From a virus (lineage: Duplodnaviria; Caudoviricetes): DNA of 40,508 nucleotides. This document shows, in pieces, positions 15,934 through 26,070 of this stretch (positions within the stretch are counted from its first letter, which is position 1; each line of letters opens with the position of its first letter). The notes beneath the pieces are model-generated. The model saw only the letters and a list, made by a program, of their open reading frames with translations. It did not search any database and was not told the DNA's origin. The stretch covers positions 1 to 40,508 of IMG/VR virus record IMGVR_UViG_3300017700_000577; one strand, given 5' to 3'. Position numbers and translations under genes: made by a program.

Positions 15934-17024
15934 GAGAGCCCCGCGCCGGAAATCCACCACTCCGTAGCCGTCTTCTTCTGGATGGTGCAGAAGGCCGGGC
16001 CGGTCAGGGTCCTTGATCCAGTGAGATTGGCCGGAACCCACCGCAGGGTATCCGTCGTGATGGTGATGGTCAGAACCTGTCCTGCCGCGACCGAAAACTG
16101 AACGATGCTCCCAATGGGGAAAGCAATCGACGCATTGGCCGGAATGGCTGTGATTGAGGTGGTAGTGAAATACAGGTCTTTCCCCGTATCCGACATCACG
16201 ACGTTATAGTTTCCGCTCCGCAGGTTCTGGGGCGTCCCCAGGTAGCCTACGGCGTTCGTTGCGGGCGTGGCCGCAGGCGTCAGGTTCGCGCCCGCAGAGA
16301 AGGTCGCCAGAGCCGTCGCGGTCGCTGTGGAGTTGATGGTCAGGGTATCCGACGAGGCGTTGCCAATCGTCAGGTTGCCCGTAAACGACGGGTTGCCGTT
16401 GAACGTAACCGTTCCGTTGAATGTCACCGCATCCGCGAATGTGGAGATCGCGTTGACTGTCAGCGTATCGGCATTGCTGGAGCCGAGAGTGGCGTTATCG
16501 GTAACGGACAGAGAGCCCGTGGTAACGCCAGTGAAGGTCAGGCCCGCCGCCGTGAAGGTCGCCGACAAGACCCCTCCCGCAGCAACACCGATGCTCCCTG
16601 CTGAGATCAGATAGAACCCCGTGTCCAGATCACTTGCGAAGGCGATCCCCGGCGTTGCCAGAAGGCCGTCCGCCAGCCGCACGACTCCCGGGACCGTTAC
16701 ACCCGTCGAGGTGAACAGCGCCGATTGCACCCCGCCCGCCGTGACCGCTGCCTGATTGGTCGTCGGGAAATACATCCCCGTATCCAGATCGCCGGTCGAG
16801 GCGTAGGAGGCCAGAGCCACCGTTCCCGCCGCAGCCGAAGTCCCCGCCGCGAACGGAATACGCGCGATGATCGGGGTAAGGCCATCCGTCGCAATGGAGT
16901 TGGTGAGGGCCGTGGAAATGTCGGCCAGTTGGGCGTTGTAGTCCGTGCTCGAAAGCGTCGTGCCCGGAACAGCCGGATTCCACGACGAAGCCGGAGCGGT
17001 GTAGGTTCCACCAGAGCGGGGCAT
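15930..17024 (-). CDS. Tail fibre protein
   Basis: MPR.GG.Y..P N-terminal anchor, repeated F..D.DTG.Y units, C-terminal FPIG...WWISG domain. Confidence 0.75.
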   Translation of the reverse strand: MPRSGGTYTAPASSWNPAVPGTTLSSTDYNAQLADISTALTNSIATDGLTPIIARIPFAAGTSAAAGTVALASYASTGDLDTGMYFPTTNQAAVTAGGVQSALFTSTGVTVPGVVRLADGLLATPGIAFASDLDTGFYLISAGSIGVAAGGVLSATFTAAGLTFTGVTTGSLSVTDNATLGSSNADTLTVNAISTFADAVTFNGTVTFNGNPSFTGNLTIGNASSDTLTINSTATATALATFSAGANLTPAATPATNAVGYLGTPQNLRSGNYNVVMSDTGKDLYFTTTSITAIPANASIAFPIGSIVQFSVAAGQVLTITITTDTLRWVPANLTGSRTLTGPAFCTIQKKTATEWWISGAGLS

Positions 17025-19222
17025 CAGTTGCCCTCCCTTCCTTGAAGGGCAGCAGCCAGAGCGCCCGTGACTGTGTTGTGTTGACGCGCCTTGGCCGCGA
17101 AAGCCATCGCAAGCTCAGGGTCGCTCATCAGGATATCGGAAATGCGATTTGCGTTCCTCCCGAGCTGGAAGCGTTCAAGTTCCTCGCCGATCTTACGGAA
17201 GGTTGCGGGGCCGGAGGCAATCGCCTTCGTCGCCTCACCAGCCGCCCCGGCGGAACCTAGCGTGCGAAGATCTTCTGCGTTGTAAGCCGTCTTCGACCCT
17301 TGGGCCTCGCGCTTGCCGGTTGCCTCTAGCACTTGCAGAAGGTCGCTCAGTTGCTTGGCCTTGTCCCCGCCCTTGGGAAGCGCCTCGATACCTGCCAGAA
17401 GCGCGGCCCGCTGTTCGGGATTACCCGCCACCGTAGAGGCAAACTTCGCCCCGCCCCACTGGTTCGGCCCTGCCTGAAGGTTCTGGGTCGCCTCGTTGAA
17501 CACGCCCGCGAGATGCTGACGGGTCAGATCCGGGACAACCTGCGGGTTGATTTCCCCAAGGATCTGAGCCGCCTGACGAGTTTCTCCAGAAGCCCCCTCA
17601 AGAGGGTTTGCCGGATACAGACGCCCGGCTTGAGCGCGAACATCCTGCGTCCGCGCCATGCTTCCTACAGGCCCCGCCTCCAGAGGATCAAGGAACATCT
17701 GCCGACCAGAGGCCACCGTATCGCGCGCCTGCCTCCAGTCCCCCGAGAGACCAGAAGCCAGAGCATCGGCTTGCGAACGTGCGCCGCCATAGGCAGCGGC
17801 TAGCTGATTGTCTCCCGTGGGGTTCTGAGGCGTGACCCGCGAAGCTTCGGCGTTGCGGTCAAGGCGCTTTACCACCTCGTTGACCACCGAAAGATCGGCA
17901 TCGGGGCGCGTCCCCACCGCTTCATTCAGGATGGGATTGCCTCGCAGGTTCGCGAGCGACTGCTGATAGGCCGGATTGGACGCGAGTTGGGCGTATTCGG
18001 CCTCTGGGATGATCTGTCCCGCGAGGTTGTCGTAGGACGGACCCGCCTGCGCGTTGATCTGCTGACGAACGCGATCCAGACCGCCCTGCGCGGCCATCTG
18101 CGCCTCTTGCCCGATCATCGACGGGTCGGAGCGCGGTGGTGCGATCTGGTCGAAAACGTTGTTTGCAGCCTGGCTGACCTGACCGGGACGCTGCGCCATC
18201 ATCGGGGCGAAACGTTCGCCTCCCGCGCGAGTGCCTTCAACAACCCGTTGCAGCCGACCCATACCCGACGCGCCGTCCGTCACCTGTTGAACGGCTTCGG
18301 CCAGCGTCAATTGCACGCCCTGTTGGCGGGCGGTGTTCATCAGTTGGCCGGCGGCCTGCATCTGCTCAGGACTGACTTGAGCCAAGGCATCGCGAATCAT
18401 CGTCTGAGGAGGGGGCCGAATACCAGCGGCAAGCTCCGTCATACCCCCGCCCAGAAGACCACCCGCCATCCGGGCCGCGCCCTCATAAGGCTGGCCCTCG
18501 GTAAGTTGCCCCGCGCTTTCCGACATGGCTCCCGGGACAACCGCCCGACCAACCCTTGACGCCAAGCCCCCAGGTAGCGCCGCAGCGGGCGCAAACTGCC
18601 CGATAGTGCGCGCATACTCTCCCGCCGTCGTCTGAGGCTGATAATCCGCCCCAAGCGCCCGTTGGCGTTCTTGTCCAAGCTCCTGAGAATTGGGAGCATT
18701 GCGGAAGATCGCCTCCAGCGGGTTGACCAGAGAAGCGGCCTCCTGCGCCCCGATCACGGAATCAGCGATGTTGGCGAGCAACGGGTTGTTAGACCCCCGC
18801 AGCATCTCAAGCGGTCCCTGACCGCCTTTGTCGTTGGCGAAGCGCTGGGCATCGTTTCGCATCTGACCGACATCACCAACCGCGCCGAGCGCCATATCGC
18901 CGCCCTGCATGATGCCCGCACCGCCCGCCCGGGCCATATCCTCCGGCCAGTCATTCTTCTGCATGGGGTCGAAACCCATGCCGTAGGCAATCGGGGCCTG
19001 CTGTTTAACGAGCCCTTGCTGATCGACGTAGAACTGCCCCGGCTGAGCTTGATTGCCCTCCACGCCGGCTAGCGGGAAGCGCGAAGAGCCGGGCTGGGCG
19101 TTAGGCTCTAGCCCCCCAGCGGCCTGAAGCTGCTCGTAGGTCTGCTGTTGAGCCTGCGGAAGCGGCTGGCCGGTCTGGGCGTTGACCGCGAACGGGTCAT
19201 CAATCGGGATGAACTGAGGCAC
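17024..19222 (-). CDS. Internal virion / DNA ejection protein
   Basis: Large Ala/Gly/Gln-rich protein with PQT.AGEYARTIG.F motif; position after the other ejection genes. Confidence 0.7.
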   Translation of the reverse strand: MPQFIPIDDPFAVNAQTGQPLPQAQQQTYEQLQAAGGLEPNAQPGSSRFPLAGVEGNQAQPGQFYVDQQGLVKQQAPIAYGMGFDPMQKNDWPEDMARAGGAGIMQGGDMALGAVGDVGQMRNDAQRFANDKGGQGPLEMLRGSNNPLLANIADSVIGAQEAASLVNPLEAIFRNAPNSQELGQERQRALGADYQPQTTAGEYARTIGQFAPAAALPGGLASRVGRAVVPGAMSESAGQLTEGQPYEGAARMAGGLLGGGMTELAAGIRPPPQTMIRDALAQVSPEQMQAAGQLMNTARQQGVQLTLAEAVQQVTDGASGMGRLQRVVEGTRAGGERFAPMMAQRPGQVSQAANNVFDQIAPPRSDPSMIGQEAQMAAQGGLDRVRQQINAQAGPSYDNLAGQIIPEAEYAQLASNPAYQQSLANLRGNPILNEAVGTRPDADLSVVNEVVKRLDRNAEASRVTPQNPTGDNQLAAAYGGARSQADALASGLSGDWRQARDTVASGRQMFLDPLEAGPVGSMARTQDVRAQAGRLYPANPLEGASGETRQAAQILGEINPQVVPDLTRQHLAGVFNEATQNLQAGPNQWGGAKFASTVAGNPEQRAALLAGIEALPKGGDKAKQLSDLLQVLEATGKREAQGSKTAYNAEDLRTLGSAGAAGEATKAIASGPATFRKIGEELERFQLGRNANRISDILMSDPELAMAFAAKARQHNTVTGALAAALQGREGN

Positions 19223-21261
19223 TACTGCACCGCCATCCACTGTCCGCTAGCGGACTTGATTACCCATTGCCCAGAAGGGGCCTTTTGGAGCCGGGGGAAG
19301 CTTCCGGGCTTAGAGGGGTCTGCGATATAATACTGACCGTCCTGACCTCTCTGGGCGCCTTGCGGGATTCCAGAAGGTGCCGAACCACCGCCACCCCCGC
19401 CACCCCGGCCAGAAGACTGAGGAGCATTGGGAACCTCCGGGTATTGCGTGATGATGTTGCGCGGGTCGTAGCCGTAGCGGCCCGCCATGTCTTCAAACCG
19501 CTGGCGCGTCTGCTCGTAGCGATCCTGATAGACGCCGAACTGCTGTTGAGCCGTTTGGGCGAATTGCGCACGTTGCTCCGGTTGCAGACGCTCACCCGCA
19601 AGAGCCTTGTTATACATATTCTTCACGCTATCCGCGACCGATCCACTGTTCTGCGCCGTCGCGAACTCGCCTTCGCGGACAGTCGAAGAGGGGTCGAGCG
19701 TCTTCATGAAGCCGAAGATCAGGGCAATGTCGGAAACGCCGGTCCCGTCCTGAGCCGCGCGCAATACCTTCTCGTAACCATTCCGGGCTTCGGAATAGTC
19801 CTTGGTGTTGGCTTCAAACTCCTTGCGGAGCTGCTGTTCACCCGACAGTTGATTTAGCGGGCTGTTGGGGTCCTGCGTGCCCTGTTGAATAGGCGCCAGA
19901 GAACCGCCACGGCCCTCCATGCCGGCGGGCAGATTGCCAAGGCTGGTTGGCTTGCCAAGCGGATCAACCGAATACGCAGCCCCCTGCGGCCCGGCGATGC
20001 CAAGTTGCGAGCCCTCCACCGTGCGGCTCATCGCCCCCGTGGGGACCTGAGAAAGCTCGTAGGAGCCCGTTCGCTTGTCGAAGCGAGCCGGAATGCCGTT
20101 GATGGTCGCCGACCCATACTCGGGAGCAGCCGCGTACTTCATTCGCAGCTCAGTCGCGAGTTGCTCCGCCAGCCCGATGGTGCGGGGGTCGGAGGCAAGG
20201 TCGCGGATGATCTGGATTTCCTGCGGGTTTGGACCCCACGCCCCCGCGCCAGGAGGTGAAACCGGCGGGGGGGCGGACGCGGGCGGCGCAGCGGCTGGAG
20301 AGGCTGATGGAGCGCCGATGGGCTGTCCGCCCATTCCACCCTGAGACTGTGGCATAGCCTGCGGAGGCTGTCCAGCCATCGGGGCTTGAGGCTGTCCCGG
20401 CTGCGGAAACTGCTGCTGGATCTGCATTTGACCTTGCGGCGGGCCGCTGATCATCTGCGCTTGCGGTTGCGCCTGCGGAAGGCCCGACAGGATCGCTTGC
20501 GCGTAGCCACGGGTTTTCGGACCCCACAGGCGCTCATCAGGGCCGCCGTGGTAGTACATGAGGGCTTTCTGCGTATCGCCGCCGTACTTGTCCAAACCCT
20601 CTTGCAGATAGGCCTGGCCGAGCGTGCGCTGATATTCCGCCGCCTCCGGCGTGGCTCCGCGCATCAATTCCGGCTTCCACGGGACACCCGTTTTTTCAGC
20701 CATCGCCCGGGCCGTCGCCGGAAGCATCTGCGTCATGCCTTCAGCGCGGCCATAACGGGTCTGAGGACCAAGCACGCCGGCACGCCCACCGGACTCCTGC
20801 TTGATCAGGCCAGCCATCAACGCGTCCAGAGGCGGGGTTTGCGGCGCAGGCGTGGCCGCTGGGGGCGGTTGCGTCCCTCCGAGCAGCGACGCGGCCTTGA
20901 TCGGGTCAAGGCCCGTGGACGGGTTGGAAATCGGCTGCGCTTGCGGCTGATCGGGCGACGGCGTGGGAGACGATCCGGGAAGGCCTCCACCAAGAGACCC
21001 GAGGATGCGGTTCACCCGGTCGGTTTGCTCGCCCTTCAGGGCAGCGGCCAGAGCTTCGTTGTTCTTGTTCTGCCCGCGATTGAGCAGGAAGGCCGCGCCG
21101 AGCTTGGCCGCCAGCTCGCCCGGAGAGCGAATATTCGCCCCCGACGCTTGCAGACTTTGCAGCGCATCGGCGAGGTATTGGCTCTTCTGGATCTGCGCTT
21201 GCGTCGTCGGCTGGTAGCCCTTGTATTCCAGCGCAACGGGCTTCTTGATAGCCGCAGCCAT
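19222..21261 (-). CDS. Ejection protein with lytic transglycosylase (SLT) domain
   Basis: QESGG...A.G.TQMLP.TA...YL...LDKYGGD...AL..YH.GP SLT motifs; DP.S.VREGEF C-terminal motif. Confidence 0.8.
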   Translation of the reverse strand: MAAAIKKPVALEYKGYQPTTQAQIQKSQYLADALQSLQASGANIRSPGELAAKLGAAFLLNRGQNKNNEALAAALKGEQTDRVNRILGSLGGGLPGSSPTPSPDQPQAQPISNPSTGLDPIKAASLLGGTQPPPAATPAPQTPPLDALMAGLIKQESGGRAGVLGPQTRYGRAEGMTQMLPATARAMAEKTGVPWKPELMRGATPEAAEYQRTLGQAYLQEGLDKYGGDTQKALMYYHGGPDERLWGPKTRGYAQAILSGLPQAQPQAQMISGPPQGQMQIQQQFPQPGQPQAPMAGQPPQAMPQSQGGMGGQPIGAPSASPAAAPPASAPPPVSPPGAGAWGPNPQEIQIIRDLASDPRTIGLAEQLATELRMKYAAAPEYGSATINGIPARFDKRTGSYELSQVPTGAMSRTVEGSQLGIAGPQGAAYSVDPLGKPTSLGNLPAGMEGRGGSLAPIQQGTQDPNSPLNQLSGEQQLRKEFEANTKDYSEARNGYEKVLRAAQDGTGVSDIALIFGFMKTLDPSSTVREGEFATAQNSGSVADSVKNMYNKALAGERLQPEQRAQFAQTAQQQFGVYQDRYEQTRQRFEDMAGRYGYDPRNIITQYPEVPNAPQSSGRGGGGGGGSAPSGIPQGAQRGQDGQYYIADPSKPGSFPRLQKAPSGQWVIKSASGQWMAVQ

Positions 21262-22332
21262 CTAGAGCCTCCCGTAATCGACGTGCAGGATACCGTTTAC
21301 CTTGAAGACCGCCTCCGGTCGGACCTTCGCCGCTTCCTGAGCCATGACGCCCATGTGGACCTGAGGCTGGCCCTTGTAGCGGTAGGTATAGACCGGCAGT
21401 CCGTTGTCCATCGTCCCGACCTGACGGATATCTTCCTTCACGTCGATGTCCGAAGCCGTGATCGCCGCCGAGCCGAGCGAGAACAGGCCGCCCAGCATGG
21501 CCGAATTGTTCTGCGCCTTCTGCTGCGCGATGTTGTTCTGCTGCTGCACGGACAAGGCGTTGGCCCCGATAACGTCCGTGTTGGCGACCTGAGCCGGGGT
21601 GTACTGAATCCCCTGCGGACCGGAGACCTGACCATTGCTCATCAGCGCCCCGAACTGGTTCAGGGGCTGGTTCTGGATATAGGCCTGGTTGGAAAGGCCC
21701 TGTTGCGCCGCTTCGTTGGCGAACGTGCCTTGCGCCGCCCCTTGGTTGAAGCCTTGGTTTTGAGCCTGAAGCCCCGCCTGAACGGCGCTGTAAGCCGCCT
21801 GATTGTACACATCCGCCCGATCCCGCCCGAACGAATCCTGAGCGTTCACATAGGCCGCGCTGTTCTGGCTGAGACCCTGATTGGCGAGCTTGCTGTCAAG
21901 CTGACCCTGCATCCGGTTATAGGTCGGGTCCAGACGCGAGGTCGCCTGTCCGTAGGCCGCGTCCTGCGCAGCCTTCACGGTCTGGTCGTAGTTGCCTCCG
22001 ATGGAGGTTTGCAGGGTCGGGGCCTTGAGCTGATTGCCCAAGGCGGAATCCACACGCCCGATTTGTTCGTTGGCCACGCCCAGCGCCGAGTTCTGCGCCT
22101 GCGTGTACTGATTGTAGATCGCCTGTTGCTCGGGGCTGAGATTGGTCTGTTGCGTGTAGCCGCCGGGCTGCGAGGGATCGCGCACGTATTTGACGGTGCC
22201 GTCAGGGCCAGCCGTGCCGACCATGTTCAGCTTCTGAGTTTCCAGCGCCGTCTTGGAGTTGGCGGAGGCCTGCGCATTGGCGAGGGCCACCGGATCGACC
22301 TTGGGGCCGGTATCACCGCTTTTCTTGCCCAT
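21262..22332 (-). CDS. DNA pilot/ejection protein with C-terminal peptidase S74-like domain
   Basis: Gln/Asn-rich body; SD..VKEDI...Y.YRY...GVMAQE...P.AV...VDY. Confidence 0.75.
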   Translation of the reverse strand: MGKKSGDTGPKVDPVALANAQASANSKTALETQKLNMVGTAGPDGTVKYVRDPSQPGGYTQQTNLSPEQQAIYNQYTQAQNSALGVANEQIGRVDSALGNQLKAPTLQTSIGGNYDQTVKAAQDAAYGQATSRLDPTYNRMQGQLDSKLANQGLSQNSAAYVNAQDSFGRDRADVYNQAAYSAVQAGLQAQNQGFNQGAAQGTFANEAAQQGLSNQAYIQNQPLNQFGALMSNGQVSGPQGIQYTPAQVANTDVIGANALSVQQQNNIAQQKAQNNSAMLGGLFSLGSAAITASDIDVKEDIRQVGTMDNGLPVYTYRYKGQPQVHMGVMAQEAAKVRPEAVFKVNGILHVDYGRL

Positions 22333-22805
22333 CAGGCGGCCATGACGTTGTCTAGGCCCACGGACTGTCCGTAGAGCTTGTTAGCGTGCCAGTCTGTCTT
22401 GAGAAGCCCGTAGATCACCGCGTCCTTGCCCCGTCCGAATCCGTCTCGGGCTAGACCTTCCTCGCGGAACCCAAGACCTTTCAGGAACCGTCTAGGGCTG
22501 GCTCCCTTGGGTCCAGGGGACTTGCGGAGTGTCACGGCGGTTATCCGGTTGCAGTCTAGCTGTTCGAACGGAAAACTCAAGATAGACCCGATCACCGCCC
22601 GGCTGGCCCATCTCGGCGTGATCGCCGCCATCGAAACCTCTATCGAAGCAAACTCGGGTTGATGGCTATGGAAGATCACCCCGGCCACAATCCGTTCGCG
22701 ATCCACAACCCCAATAGCAGTCCCCCGAAGGCCAAGGCCTTGATACGGGAGCCTCTCCACCACCCATTGCGAGACATACTCGTCCGCTCCAACGATGAGT
22801 TTCAA
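22332..22805 (-). CDS. GNAT-fold virion assembly protein
   Basis: FPFEQL.C.RITA...GLGF.EEG..R...YGLL; usual position after the nozzle gene. Confidence 0.75.
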   Translation of the reverse strand: MKLIVGADEYVSQWVVERLPYQGLGLRGTAIGVVDRERIVAGVIFHSHQPEFASIEVSMAAITPRWASRAVIGSILSFPFEQLDCNRITAVTLRKSPGPKGASPRRFLKGLGFREEGLARDGFGRGKDAVIYGLLKTDWHANKLYGQSVGLDNVMAA

Positions 22806-24463
22806 AGCTGCCCCCCCGGCTGGAACATCACATCGAACGCGATGACCTGAATGCTTACGGTCGAAGTGCTCAAAGGCTGGATCAGGATAAGGTCGTCCGC
22901 GTCAGCGTCCCACGCGACCAGATCTTCATCATCGACCGCCAGATATACCCCGGCCCCGACTCCGGTGCTCACGCGCATCCGCACTGACCCGCAGTAGCCA
23001 ATCCCGGTCACAGAGGTCCAGTCGTTGCGGATTTCCTCCTCCGTGGGCCAGAAGCTCTCATCCCAGATCGCCTCATCCCACATGGCCTCAGGAACCGCGA
23101 TCACGGTCGGGATGGCGGTCGGGATGGCTTCCTTGTAGTCCACCAGCATTTCCAGCGCCGGGCGAACGTCCTGATCGGCCCGGATCAGAGGGCGAAGCAT
23201 GGTGAACTGCTTCAGCTTTCCCCGCTGCCCGAAGTAGTTGAACGCGGTTTTGAGGTCGCCGACGATCTCCGCGCCATTATCGGAAGCGCCCACGTCCCAT
23301 TCATAGATACCCGTCGATGACCCGAAATAGGGGCGGTCGTTGGCAATCGCCCAGCAGATCGCGGGGATGCCCGTAAACCGCGCCCATGCCCCTGTCTGGA
23401 CGTTCTGGACGTATTGATCCGCCAGCACCCCTTGAGAGGTCGGGACATTGAAGATCGCCAGCGTGCCCCGGGCGTAGAGCATTCCGGACCAGCCGAAATT
23501 CGAGCCATAGCGCGTCGTCGCCAGCGAAAACGCGTTCATGATCTTCTGCGTCACGGCTACAAGGTTGCTCTGCGCGCGGTCGAGGCTGAGCGCCTGAGAC
23601 AGCGGGAAAACCCCATCCACCGTCAAGATCGCGAGGTCCGCCCCGTACTTGAACAGCGCCCGCTTGCCCAAGGGATTGCCCAGAGCGAAAACGCCGATCA
23701 GAGACCAGTTTGTCGCGTCCGAAGGGTCTTCCCCGGCATAGACCGCCACCTCACCCTCTGTGGTGACGAACACGGCGTAATCGTCAGGCCCGTCCCCTGC
23801 GTCCAGAGACCACGTCGCCATGCAGGAGAGCCGGCCCCCCTTCTGGAACACCGGCCCCAGGTCGAGCAGTTGCGCCGTGCCCTGTATGGCGTTCACGTCG
23901 AGGAACCACACCCGCATCGACCCTTCTTCCAGCAGGAAGATGCGGCGCTTGTGGGCCATCACGTCGCTGATGGTCGTCGGGTCGAGAACGATAGGCCCCA
24001 CCGATCCGGTGATCGTCCTGTTCACATAGGCCGTGCCGTCATAGGTCACGGGGATGTTGGCCCCGTTCACCGCGAACACGAACCGCCCTGCGTCGTTGGA
24101 GAAGTTGACGTACTGCCACCGGGCGTTCCCCGCCCCACTGTAAAGCACAGTTGACCCATAGGGATTGGTGGTGTCGATGATCTCGGACCCGGCGGCTGAG
24201 TGGATCTGATCCGCCCCCGTGGTCGAGCCCCGCCAGACGATTACGGTCTCAACCGGGGACTCGGTAGGCGACCACTCCGCATAGCCCTTGCGCATCTCGA
24301 CATAGCCCGCGCGGGGGATGAAGTTGTCGAGGATCGGGGCGTTCTCGGCAGGCATCGCAGCCAGAGGGTTTTGCGCGTCCCATCCGCCTACCGGAGCGGG
24401 AATGGACCGACCGACAACCACCTGATCGCGGGAGGGATTGCGCCTTAGCGCCTGCATGACCAT
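22802..24463 (-). CDS. Tail nozzle / head-stabilisation protein (P22 gp10 / tubular B-like)
   Basis: PAPVGGWD...DNF.P N-terminus; beta-propeller-like composition; synteny. Confidence 0.7.
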   Translation of the reverse strand: MVMQALRRNPSRDQVVVGRSIPAPVGGWDAQNPLAAMPAENAPILDNFIPRAGYVEMRKGYAEWSPTESPVETVIVWRGSTTGADQIHSAAGSEIIDTTNPYGSTVLYSGAGNARWQYVNFSNDAGRFVFAVNGANIPVTYDGTAYVNRTITGSVGPIVLDPTTISDVMAHKRRIFLLEEGSMRVWFLDVNAIQGTAQLLDLGPVFQKGGRLSCMATWSLDAGDGPDDYAVFVTTEGEVAVYAGEDPSDATNWSLIGVFALGNPLGKRALFKYGADLAILTVDGVFPLSQALSLDRAQSNLVAVTQKIMNAFSLATTRYGSNFGWSGMLYARGTLAIFNVPTSQGVLADQYVQNVQTGAWARFTGIPAICWAIANDRPYFGSSTGIYEWDVGASDNGAEIVGDLKTAFNYFGQRGKLKQFTMLRPLIRADQDVRPALEMLVDYKEAIPTAIPTVIAVPEAMWDEAIWDESFWPTEEEIRNDWTSVTGIGYCGSVRMRVSTGVGAGVYLAVDDEDLVAWDADADDLILIQPLSTSTVSIQVIAFDVMFQPGGQL

Positions 24464-24696
24464 TAAACCGCCCCTTTGACCGGATGCCAAGCGCCGTCCG
24501 CATCGTCGTAAACATACGCGGTATAGGGGTCATTGCCGAGATAGGCGACGCGCAGGATCACAATCCGTCCGTTCCAGCCAAAGGCCTCGCCATCGGAAAC
24601 CGGAATCGCCGGCAGGGCATCCTCGATCTGGGGAAGCCCGACGTTGATCTGTCTGCGGGATAGCTCCCAGCTCTGCCCCTGCCGCACCCGTGTCAT
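24463..24696 (-). CDS. Small hypothetical structural protein
   Basis: Coupled between the adaptor and nozzle genes. Confidence 0.5.
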   Translation of the reverse strand: MTRVRQGQSWELSRRQINVGLPQIEDALPAIPVSDGEAFGWNGRIVILRVAYLGNDPYTAYVYDDADGAWHPVKGAV

Positions 24697-25406
24697 CAGG
24701 TCGGACCGGGGAAGTTCCCTTGCGGGATGTTGTCAAACGGCCAGTAGTAGTTGCGCCCGGAGATGTCGATTTCCGTGTTGCCGCCGTCGCGGGCCTGTAC
24801 CTGAGCCTTCTGCCGCTCATAGGTCCGCATCGCTTCGGCGTAGTCGAGCCCCTTGGCCGCCAGGAACCGCCAGCGCAGGCCGTACTGGAGCAGGTTGGCG
24901 TCCAGATACGACGTGTCCGTGTCCGCGAGGAACGTCGTCTGAGGCACGCCCAGAGCCGACAGCGCCCATTTGTTGCTGATGTACTCGTAGGCCAATTCGT
25001 GACCTACCGGAGGTGTAGGCTGGATCAGGATTTCACCGCCCTTCTGCACCCAGCCGAGGAACACGCTGGCATAGACAGGCTGGGCCTTGATCGCCTGCCA
25101 TTGCTGCGGGGTCAGCGGCCCGATCATCTGCCGCTGCCCCGTCCTGTCAAACTGCGTGTTCCCGATGAAACGGTCGATATCATCGGGAAGCCCCAGCGGC
25201 TGCTCCTCATCGGCCACAGTCGTATAGAGCCACGTCCGGTTCAGAGCTTGCCACGGGTAGGAGCGATAGAGTTCGTTGCCCTCTTCCTTGAGCAGGGCGA
25301 ACAACTGCCGAACCTGCTGGTCGGTGGAGTTCACCACCGTCAGCGGGCGCGGAATGCTGATGCTGTCCGCCATCGACTGCACAATTTCAAGGACTGTACT
25401 CGGCAT
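24696..25406 (-). CDS. Head-tail adaptor (tubular A-like)
   Basis: TVLEIVQ...WQAL...LP.D...GLRWRF..AKGLDYAE pattern; synteny. Confidence 0.7.
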   Translation of the reverse strand: MPSTVLEIVQSMADSISIPRPLTVVNSTDQQVRQLFALLKEEGNELYRSYPWQALNRTWLYTTVADEEQPLGLPDDIDRFIGNTQFDRTGQRQMIGPLTPQQWQAIKAQPVYASVFLGWVQKGGEILIQPTPPVGHELAYEYISNKWALSALGVPQTTFLADTDTSYLDANLLQYGLRWRFLAAKGLDYAEAMRTYERQKAQVQARDGGNTEIDISGRNYYWPFDNIPQGNFPGPT

Positions 25407-26014
25407 CAGGCGGCCTCTTGATCCTCTTCACGGGCCTTCGGGGGACGACCGGGGCCACGGCGGGGAGCTTCGATTTCCGACACGCGGGATGCGAGGTCGG
25501 CGTAGCGCGCTTCCATGTCCGCCAGAGCCTGTTCCGCGCGTTCGGCACGGGCATTGGCTTCGGCCAGGGGCTGAGCGCTGTTGGCGGCGGCGAGGTAGTC
25601 CTGAGCCCGCTTGCGAAGGTGCAGGCCGCCCATGCCGATGTCTTCCAGCACCGGGTCCAGCACCGAGGCCAGGTCTTCCACGGTGCGGATGTGCAGGGCT
25701 TTCAGGTTCGCCACGACGGCGGGCGTCATGCCCGGCCACTTCTCCAGAGGCAGGCCGGTCGTCGGTTCTTCCATGTTGGCCTTAAACGCCTCGTAGGAGC
25801 GCGGCCAGCGGCGTTTGTGCTCGTCGGTCACTTCCTCGCACGGAATCGAGCGGGCAGCGCCGGGGGTGATGATGCGGACGAACTCGCGATCCTCGTAGAT
25901 GTCGCGGCCCGCCTCCGTGCTCTTGAAGGCCAGATGCACCGGCTGAAGGAAGAACTCGGGAATGGCGTTGTCGGGGGTCGTCCCCTTGGGGGCGAATTGA
26001 GAGTCAGAAAGCAT
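25406..26014 (-). CDS. Conserved head-module protein with HhH-like motif
   Basis: LKALHIRTVEDLA...IGMG; typically follows the capsid genes. Confidence 0.6.
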   Translation of the reverse strand: MLSDSQFAPKGTTPDNAIPEFFLQPVHLAFKSTEAGRDIYEDREFVRIITPGAARSIPCEEVTDEHKRRWPRSYEAFKANMEEPTTGLPLEKWPGMTPAVVANLKALHIRTVEDLASVLDPVLEDIGMGGLHLRKRAQDYLAAANSAQPLAEANARAERAEQALADMEARYADLASRVSEIEAPRRGPGRPPKAREEDQEAA

Positions 26015-26030
26015 TCTGTGGCTCCAGTCG

Positions 26031-26064
26031 GAAGAGAACGGGGAGAGCGTGATTGCCCTCCCCG
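26031..26064 (-). terminator. Putative intrinsic terminator after the capsid/decoration genes
   Basis: Minus strand CGGGGAGGGC-AATCAC-GCTCTCCCCG then TTCTCTT. Confidence 0.55.
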
Positions 26065-26070
26065 CCTAGG

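Noticed and set aside
11626-17024. Diversity-generating retroelement acting on tail genes
   Set aside because: No reverse transcriptase and no template/variable repeat pair differing at adenines was seen.
21262-21460. Peptidase S74-like domain on a non-fibre protein
   Set aside because: This arrangement is common in pilot proteins of podovirus-like phages; not novel.
20386-22374. Long plus-strand ORFs antisense to structural genes (also 26053-27825, 29979-31205, 12712-13617)
   Set aside because: Shadow ORFs expected from high-GC codon bias; Arg/Leu-rich with no recognisable motifs.
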